From Clostridia bacterium (GTDB lineage Bacteria > Bacillota > Clostridia > Oscillospirales > CAG-382), in NCBI GenBank assembly GCA_017549925.1, contig JAFYNA010000054.1, positions 1-47,335 on the forward strand: a stretch of DNA of 47,335 bases, written 5' to 3'. The position numbers and the translations under genes are program-made. Position 1 is the stretch's first letter, and every line of letters starts with the position of its first letter. Positions 42,337 to 47,335 of the stretch are shown piece by piece. Under the pieces are notes generated by a model that was given only the letters and a program-made list of their open reading frames with translations, did not search any database and was not told the origin of the DNA.

Positions 42337-43614
42337 TCAGTTACCTCTTTCCTGCAAAACGGACAACGCCTTCTTGCCGATGTCCTTGCGATAATAGGCA
42401 TTTTCAAAATGCACCTTGGTTACGTTTGCGTAAGCGTTTTTCACAGCCTCGGGCAGGTTTTCTCCCGTTGCCACTACGCAAAGCACACGGCCGCCGCCGG
42501 AAACGATCACGCCGTCCTTTTCCTTGGCACCGGCGTAAATGATGTCGGCAGTCATACCTTCCTCCGCCGTGATGGCAAACCCGGTTTCGTACTTTCCGGG
42601 GTATCCGTTGGAAGCCATCACCACACAGCAGGCCGCTTTGTCGGAGAATTTGACGTCCATATCCCCAAGAGTGCCCTTTGCCGTGGCTTCCATGATCTCC
42701 AGCAGATCGCTTTCCAACAGGGGAAGCACTACTTGAGCCTCGGGGTCGCCGAAGCGGCAGTTGTATTCGATCACCTTGGGGCCGTCCTTGGTGATCATCA
42801 GCCCGAAGTACAAGCAGCCTTTAAAGCTTCTGCCCTCGGCATTCATAGCGGCAACGGTGGGCAGGAAGATCTTTTCGATACACTCCTTTGCCACCGCCTC
42901 AGTATAGAAGGGGTTGGGAGCAATGGTGCCCATACCGCCGGTGTTCAGACCCTTGTCGTCGTCCAGTGCTCTCTTATGATCCATGGAAGAAACCATGGGA
43001 CACACACACTTGCCGTCGGTGAAGGCAAGCACGGAAACCTCAGGCCCTTCCAGGAATTCCTCAATAACCACCTTGCTTCCGGAATCTCCGAAAATGCGAT
43101 CCTCCATCATGGAGCGGATGGCGGTTTTAGCCTCCTCGCGGGTCATAGCGATGATAACGCCCTTGCCCAAAGCAAGACCGTCCGCCTTCAACACCGTGGG
43201 AATGGGAGCGGTCTCCAGATATTCCAGCGCCTTGTCCAGATCCTCAAACACTTTGTAAGCCGCAGTGGGGATTCCGTATTTCTTCATCAGATTCTTGGAG
43301 AATACCTTACTGCCTTCAATGATGGCAGCCGCCTTGTTAGGTCCAAAGCAGGTAACGCCCACGGCCTCCAAAGCGTCTACGCAACCCAACACCAAAGGAT
43401 CGTCGGGAGTCACCACCGCAAAATCAATTTCCTTTTCCTTTGCAAATTCCACGATGGCGGGGATATCCTTCGCGCCGATGGGCACGCAGGTGGCATCCTT
43501 CGCAATACCGCCGTTTCCGGGCAGAGCGTAGATCACCTCCGCCTTGGGGTTGCATTTCAATTTTTTGATTACGGCGTGCTCACGACCGCCGCCGCCGATT
43601 ACCATTATCTTCAT
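42337..43614 (-). CDS. purD: Phosphoribosylamine--glycine ligase
   Basis: MKIMVIGGGGREHA. ATP-grasp. The start at 43614 overlaps the purN stop (ATGA). The ORF-track extension to 43680 is rejected. Confidence 0.95.
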   Translation of the reverse strand: MKIMVIGGGGREHAVIKKLKCNPKAEVIYALPGNGGIAKDATCVPIGAKDIPAIVEFAKEKEIDFAVVTPDDPLVLGCVDALEAVGVTCFGPNKAAAIIEGSKVFSKNLMKKYGIPTAAYKVFEDLDKALEYLETAPIPTVLKADGLALGKGVIIAMTREEAKTAIRSMMEDRIFGDSGSKVVIEEFLEGPEVSVLAFTDGKCVCPMVSSMDHKRALDDDKGLNTGGMGTIAPNPFYTEAVAKECIEKIFLPTVAAMNAEGRSFKGCLYFGLMITKDGPKVIEYNCRFGDPEAQVVLPLLESDLLEIMEATAKGTLGDMDVKFSDKAACCVVMASNGYPGKYETGFAITAEEGMTADIIYAGAKEKDGVIVSGGGRVLCVVATGENLPEAVKNAYANVTKVHFENAYYRKDIGKKALSVLQERGN

Positions 43615-44225
43615 GTTTCGTTCCTCTTTCTCACGATCTCTCGGGAGACCTGCTCTGCCGCTGCGGGCAACAACAGCCACTCCGCTTCCTCCATTACAAG
43701 CTTCTGAAGCCCGGAAGCATCGATCCCCTCGGGAATATTCACTGCCTTTTGCAGTAAGATCTCGCCACCGTCGGTGATCTCATTGACGAAATGTACCGTA
43801 GCGCCGGTGACCTTCACGCCCTTCTTCAGAGCCTCCTCGTGAACACGCAACCCATAATATCCGTCTCCGCAGAAGGAGGGGATCAGAGAGGGATGGATGT
43901 TGATGATCCGTCTGGGATATCTCTTCACAAAGTCTTCGGAGAGAATGGCAAGGAATCCCGCCAAAACGATCAGATCGATCTTTTTCTCTTCCAGAAGTGC
44001 GATCAACTGCTTTTCAAACGCTTCCTGCCCCAAGATCTTTTTGTGGAGAACCACGCCCTCCACGCCTGCGGCAGAAGCGCGCTCCAGCGCATACACGTCG
44101 GGCTTGTTGGAGACCACCAAAGCGATCTCGCCGGAGGGAAGCTTTCCCTCCTTCTCCGCGTCCAGCAAGGCCTGCAAATTTGTGCCGCCGCCGGAAACGA
44201 AGACAGCGATCCGCGCCTTCAGCAT
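43611..44225 (-). CDS. purN: Phosphoribosylglycinamide formyltransferase
   Basis: IAVFVSGGGTNLQAL, NIHPSLIP, and VTGATVHFV. Confidence 0.95.
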   Translation of the reverse strand: MLKARIAVFVSGGGTNLQALLDAEKEGKLPSGEIALVVSNKPDVYALERASAAGVEGVVLHKKILGQEAFEKQLIALLEEKKIDLIVLAGFLAILSEDFVKRYPRRIINIHPSLIPSFCGDGYYGLRVHEEALKKGVKVTGATVHFVNEITDGGEILLQKAVNIPEGIDASGLQKLVMEEAEWLLLPAAAEQVSREIVRKRNET

Positions 44226-45262
44226 AAGATAATCCCTTCGTCGGAACGGATCACTTCACCGATGATGTAAGCGTCCTCGCCTGCCTCGCGGAGAGTTGCA
44301 AGTGCCAGATCAGCCTGCTCCTTGGGAACAACGATGCTCATACCAACACCCATGTTGAAGGTGTTGAACATATCACGCTGATCGATACCGCCCTCTTTTG
44401 CAATGAGATCGAAGATGGGCAGAACCTTTACAGCCTTCTTCTCGATCTTTGCGGTGTAGCCCTTTGCGAAGGAACGGGGGATGTTCTCATAGAAGCCGCC
44501 GCCGGTGATGTGGGAAATACCCTTCACCTGTACCTTATCAAGCAGTGCCAGAACGGGCTTCACGAAGATCTTGGTGGGGGTCAGCAGAACCTCACCCAGC
44601 TCACGGCCGTCCAGAGCATCGTACTTGCGGTGAATATCGCTGTTCTCCAGATCAAATACCTTACGAACCAGAGAGAAGCCGTTGGAATGTACGCCGCTGG
44701 AGGGGATGGCGATGATCACGTCGCCCTCGGTCATGGCGTTGCGGTCGATCACCTTATCGCGGTCAACCACACCCACGGAGAAGCCTGCCAGGTCATATTC
44801 ATCTACGGGGTAGAAGCCGGGCATCTCAGCAGTCTCGCCGCCGATCAAAGCGGAGCCGGACTGTACGCATCCCTCGGCAACACCGGAAACGATGGAGGCG
44901 ATCTTCTCGGGAACGTTCTTGCCGCAGGCAATGTAATCCAGGAAGAACAGGGGCTTTGCACCGACGCAGATAACGTCGTTAACGCACATTGCCACACAGT
45001 CGATACCAACGGTATCGTGCTTGTCCATCAAAAATGCAATCTTCAGCTTGGTACCAACGCCGTCGGTACCGGAAACAAGTACGGGCTTGGAGATACCGGT
45101 AAGATCCAGATCGAACAAACCGCCGAACCCTCCGATATCGGAGCAAACACCCTTGGTCATAGTTCTGGCGATGCTGGCCTTCATCAGCTCTACCGCCTTA
45201 TAGCCTGCGGTAATATCTACGCCTGCGTTCTTATAGCTTTCGCTAAAACTCTTCTCGTGCAT
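44219..45262 (-). CDS. purM: Phosphoribosylformylglycinamidine cyclo-ligase (AIR synthetase)
   Basis: YKNAGVDI, IGGFGGLFDL, and DGVGTK. Confidence 0.96.
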   Translation of the reverse strand: MHEKSFSESYKNAGVDITAGYKAVELMKASIARTMTKGVCSDIGGFGGLFDLDLTGISKPVLVSGTDGVGTKLKIAFLMDKHDTVGIDCVAMCVNDVICVGAKPLFFLDYIACGKNVPEKIASIVSGVAEGCVQSGSALIGGETAEMPGFYPVDEYDLAGFSVGVVDRDKVIDRNAMTEGDVIIAIPSSGVHSNGFSLVRKVFDLENSDIHRKYDALDGRELGEVLLTPTKIFVKPVLALLDKVQVKGISHITGGGFYENIPRSFAKGYTAKIEKKAVKVLPIFDLIAKEGGIDQRDMFNTFNMGVGMSIVVPKEQADLALATLREAGEDAYIIGEVIRSDEGIILC

Positions 45263-45297
45263 AATCGTATCCTTTCGTCGTGTCGACAGTTTATTTC

Positions 45298-46722
45298 TTA
45301 TCTTTTTTCGCTCAGCTTCTGATCAAAGCGGCCGGTACGGTTTTCCGTGGGGGTCGCGGTGGGATATTCTCCGGTGAAGCAAGCGTTGCAGTATTCCTTG
45401 GTCTCGCCGCTGAGCTTCATGGCGTTCTCAATGCTGAGGTAGCCGAGAGAATCTACGCCGATCACCATGGCGATCTCATCCTGGGAGTATCTGTTGGCGA
45501 TTAGCTTATCCTTGGAGCTGACGTCGGTGCCGTAGTAGCAGGGGAACTTAAAGGGAGGAGAGGAGATGCGCATATGCACTTCCTTTGCTCCTGCTGCGCG
45601 GAGCAGATTGACGATCTGTCCGCAGGTGGTGCCTCTTACGATGGAGTCGTCCACCAGCACCACACGCTTACCTGCAATCACGCTGGCAATAGGGGAGAGC
45701 TTCAGTCTTACCAGATTTTCTCTGGACTTCTGTCCGGGAGAGATGAAGGTACGACCGATATAACGGTTCTTCAGAAGACCGGGGGCGTAGGGGATACCGG
45801 ATTCTCTGGAATAGCCCAAAGCGGCATCCAAGCCGGAGTCGGGTACGCCGACCACCACGTCGGCATCCACGGGATGCTCCTGTGCCAGATACCGTCCTGC
45901 ACGGACGCGGGCATCGTGAACGCAACAGCCGTCGATGACAGAGTCGGGTCTTGCAAAATAAACGTATTCAAACACACAAAGCTTGGGGCAAGCCTTACCG
46001 CAGTGATCCGTAATGGATTCCACGCCGTTTTTGTTAAACACCAGGATCTCGCCGGGCTTCAGATCGCGGACGAATTTTGCGCCCACTGCGCCAAGAGCAC
46101 AGCTTTCGGAGGCTACGATGTAAGCACCGTCGTCGCGGATACCGTAGCAAAGAGGGCGGAAGCCGTTTTCGTCACGGCAGGCGATCATCTTGGAGGGGGA
46201 CATTACCACCAGAGAGTAAGCGCCCTTGACACGGTGCATAGCGGCGTTGACTGCCTGCTCGATGGAGGGCTGTCTCAAACGCTCCTCGATGATGATGTAG
46301 GACATGACCTCGATGTCACTCTGGGTATGGAAGATAGAGCCCTTCAGCTCCAATTCGGTACGAAGCTCGTAGGAGTTGACCAAGCTGCCGTTGTGAGCAA
46401 TGGCCATTCTGCCCTTGATGTGATCCACCACCACAGGCTGAGCATTTTCTCTGCCCTTACTGCCGGAGGTGCCGTAACGGCAGTGACCCAACGCCATGTT
46501 GCCGTTTTCAATGGAGTCCAAAACCTCGGGGGTAAACACGTCGTTTACCAGACCGCTGTCCTTATGAGTGCGGAACAAGCCGTCATCGTTGACAACGATA
46601 CCGCAGCTGGACTGTCCGCGGTGCTGCAGGGCAAACAGACCGTAGTAGGTGGTAGCCGCAACTTCACAGCGATCGGGGGCATAGATCCCGAAGACGCCGC
46701 ATTCTTCTTTCAATTTGTTCAT
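45298..46722 (-). CDS. purF: Amidophosphoribosyltransferase
   Basis: EECGVFGI (Ntn Cys), and PRTase loop VVLVDDSIVRGTT. Confidence 0.96.
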   Translation of the reverse strand: MNKLKEECGVFGIYAPDRCEVAATTYYGLFALQHRGQSSCGIVVNDDGLFRTHKDSGLVNDVFTPEVLDSIENGNMALGHCRYGTSGSKGRENAQPVVVDHIKGRMAIAHNGSLVNSYELRTELELKGSIFHTQSDIEVMSYIIIEERLRQPSIEQAVNAAMHRVKGAYSLVVMSPSKMIACRDENGFRPLCYGIRDDGAYIVASESCALGAVGAKFVRDLKPGEILVFNKNGVESITDHCGKACPKLCVFEYVYFARPDSVIDGCCVHDARVRAGRYLAQEHPVDADVVVGVPDSGLDAALGYSRESGIPYAPGLLKNRYIGRTFISPGQKSRENLVRLKLSPIASVIAGKRVVLVDDSIVRGTTCGQIVNLLRAAGAKEVHMRISSPPFKFPCYYGTDVSSKDKLIANRYSQDEIAMVIGVDSLGYLSIENAMKLSGETKEYCNACFTGEYPTATPTENRTGRFDQKLSEKR

Positions 46723-46752
46723 GTGAATTACCTGCCTGTGTGTAAAGTATCC

Positions 46753-47247
46753 TTATTCGGCGTATTTTGCGGAGATCTCCGCATCCTTTTGCAATACCTT
46801 TGCGGTGTCTGCCTTTCTCTTCTCGGCGAGCTTGGCGGCCAAGCTTCTGTCAGAGACTGCAAGGATCTGAATTGCCAGCAATGCGGCGTTGGCGGCACCG
46901 TCAATAGCAACGGTGGCAACAGGCATACCGGTGGGCATCTGTACCGTGGAAAGCAATGCGTCAAGTCCGTCAAGCGTGGAGGACTTTACAGGGATCCCGA
47001 TTACGGGAAGGGTGGTGTTAGCGGCAAATGCGCCTGCTAGATGAGCGGCCTTGCCTGCGGCGGCGATGACTACGCCATAGCCCTTGCTGCGGGCACTCTC
47101 GGCAAACTTCTTTGCCTCTGCGGGAGTTCTGTGTGCGGAAAGCACCCGTACGGTGAAGGGTACCTCGAACTGTTTCAGAACGTCAATGGCTTTCTCAACT
47201 ACGGGCAGATCGCTGTCGGAGCCCATGATAATGGCAACTTTTTTCAT
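46753..47247 (-). CDS. purE: 5-(carboxyamino)imidazole ribonucleotide mutase / AIR carboxylase catalytic subunit
   Basis: [19 protein letters not shown], and [10 protein letters not shown]. Confidence 0.95.
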   Translation of the reverse strand: MKKVAIIMGSDSDLPVVEKAIDVLKQFEVPFTVRVLSAHRTPAEAKKFAESARSKGYGVVIAAAGKAAHLAGAFAANTTLPVIGIPVKSSTLDGLDALLSTVQMPTGMPVATVAIDGAANAALLAIQILAVSDRSLAAKLAEKRKADTAKVLQKDAEISAKYAE

Positions 47248-47335
47248 AGCGGCAAAATGATCCTTTCTGTTGGTAAATCGGTCAAATAAATGAAAGAAAC
47301 CGGAGTTCCTTGTTCTGCACAGCCCGCAGAATGGA

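Noticed and set aside
38630-42394. 1254-aa plus-strand ORF
   Set aside because: It is exactly antisense to, and codon-aligned with, the unmistakable purL. Its composition is Gly/Val/Leu/Arg-heavy and low in complexity, it has no RBS, and it is explained by absence of TTA/CTA/TCA codons in purL.
47282-47335. Partial minus-strand ORF ending ...[17 protein letters not shown]-stop upstream of purE
   Set aside because: It is only 17 codons and not identifiable. It may be the end of another pur gene, but I cannot support a call.
1-47335. Mobile elements, prophage, or defence systems (RM, TA, Abi, CBASS and similar)
   Set aside because: No transposase, integrase, recombinase, phage structural protein, nuclease/helicase defence-type protein or toxin-antitoxin pair was recognisable in any frame. 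The only mobility-like traces are the short REP-like elements and the duplicated gene remnant.

Overview
This is a 47.3-kb window from a moderately GC-rich (by eye mid-50s %), spore-forming Firmicute. It looks like Clostridia/Oscillospirales, based on sigG, a Gram-positive LexA (Cheo) box, lipoboxes and a dockerin; the taxonomy is inference. All protein identifications come from reading the translations and recalling motifs, because no searches could be run.

Most of the window is core housekeeping:
- dut (5' end) and a class I-alpha DAHP synthase.
- A TIGR01212 radical SAM protein, a guanylate-kinase-like protein and a TetR regulator.
- An esterase, a DUF4886 protein and asnB.
- sigG and prs.
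- A tight co-directional array recA-recX-rimO-pgsA-cysS-mrnC-lexA.
- One tRNA-Lys(UUU), a Crp/Fnr regulator, trxA and malQ.
- A minus-strand purE-purF-purM-purN-purD-purL operon that runs on, without a visible terminator, into two paralogous orphan ABC substrate-binding lipoproteins.

The accessory-looking parts are:
1. A surface-protein cluster at 1377-7581: a discoidin/DUF4855-like lipoprotein with an 18-bp tandem repeat, an LRR/Cys-module/dockerin protein, and a GHL10-like protein. A 1131-aa GHL10-like lipoprotein sits at 18135-21530.
2. A complete mini-gene (consensus promoter, RBS, 34 codons, strong terminator) at 21547-21780. It is followed by a translationally coupled methyltransferase / methyltransferase / P-loop kinase-like / GNAT cluster. 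That cluster is bracketed by inverted GC-rich REP-like hairpin elements and followed by a truncated copy of the kinase-like gene's 3' end.
3. An orphan degenerate histidine-kinase-like protein that faces a consensus antisense promoter.

I found no CRISPR array, transposase, integrase, phage genes, rRNA or recognisable defence or secretion system. I cannot point to a convincing wholly new multi-gene system; the candidates above are the best leads, and their functions are inference.

Nearly every large gene carries a long shadow ORF on the opposite strand. All of these lie in the codon-aligned antisense frame and are explained by avoidance of TTA/CTA/TCA codons, so I rejected them as genes.
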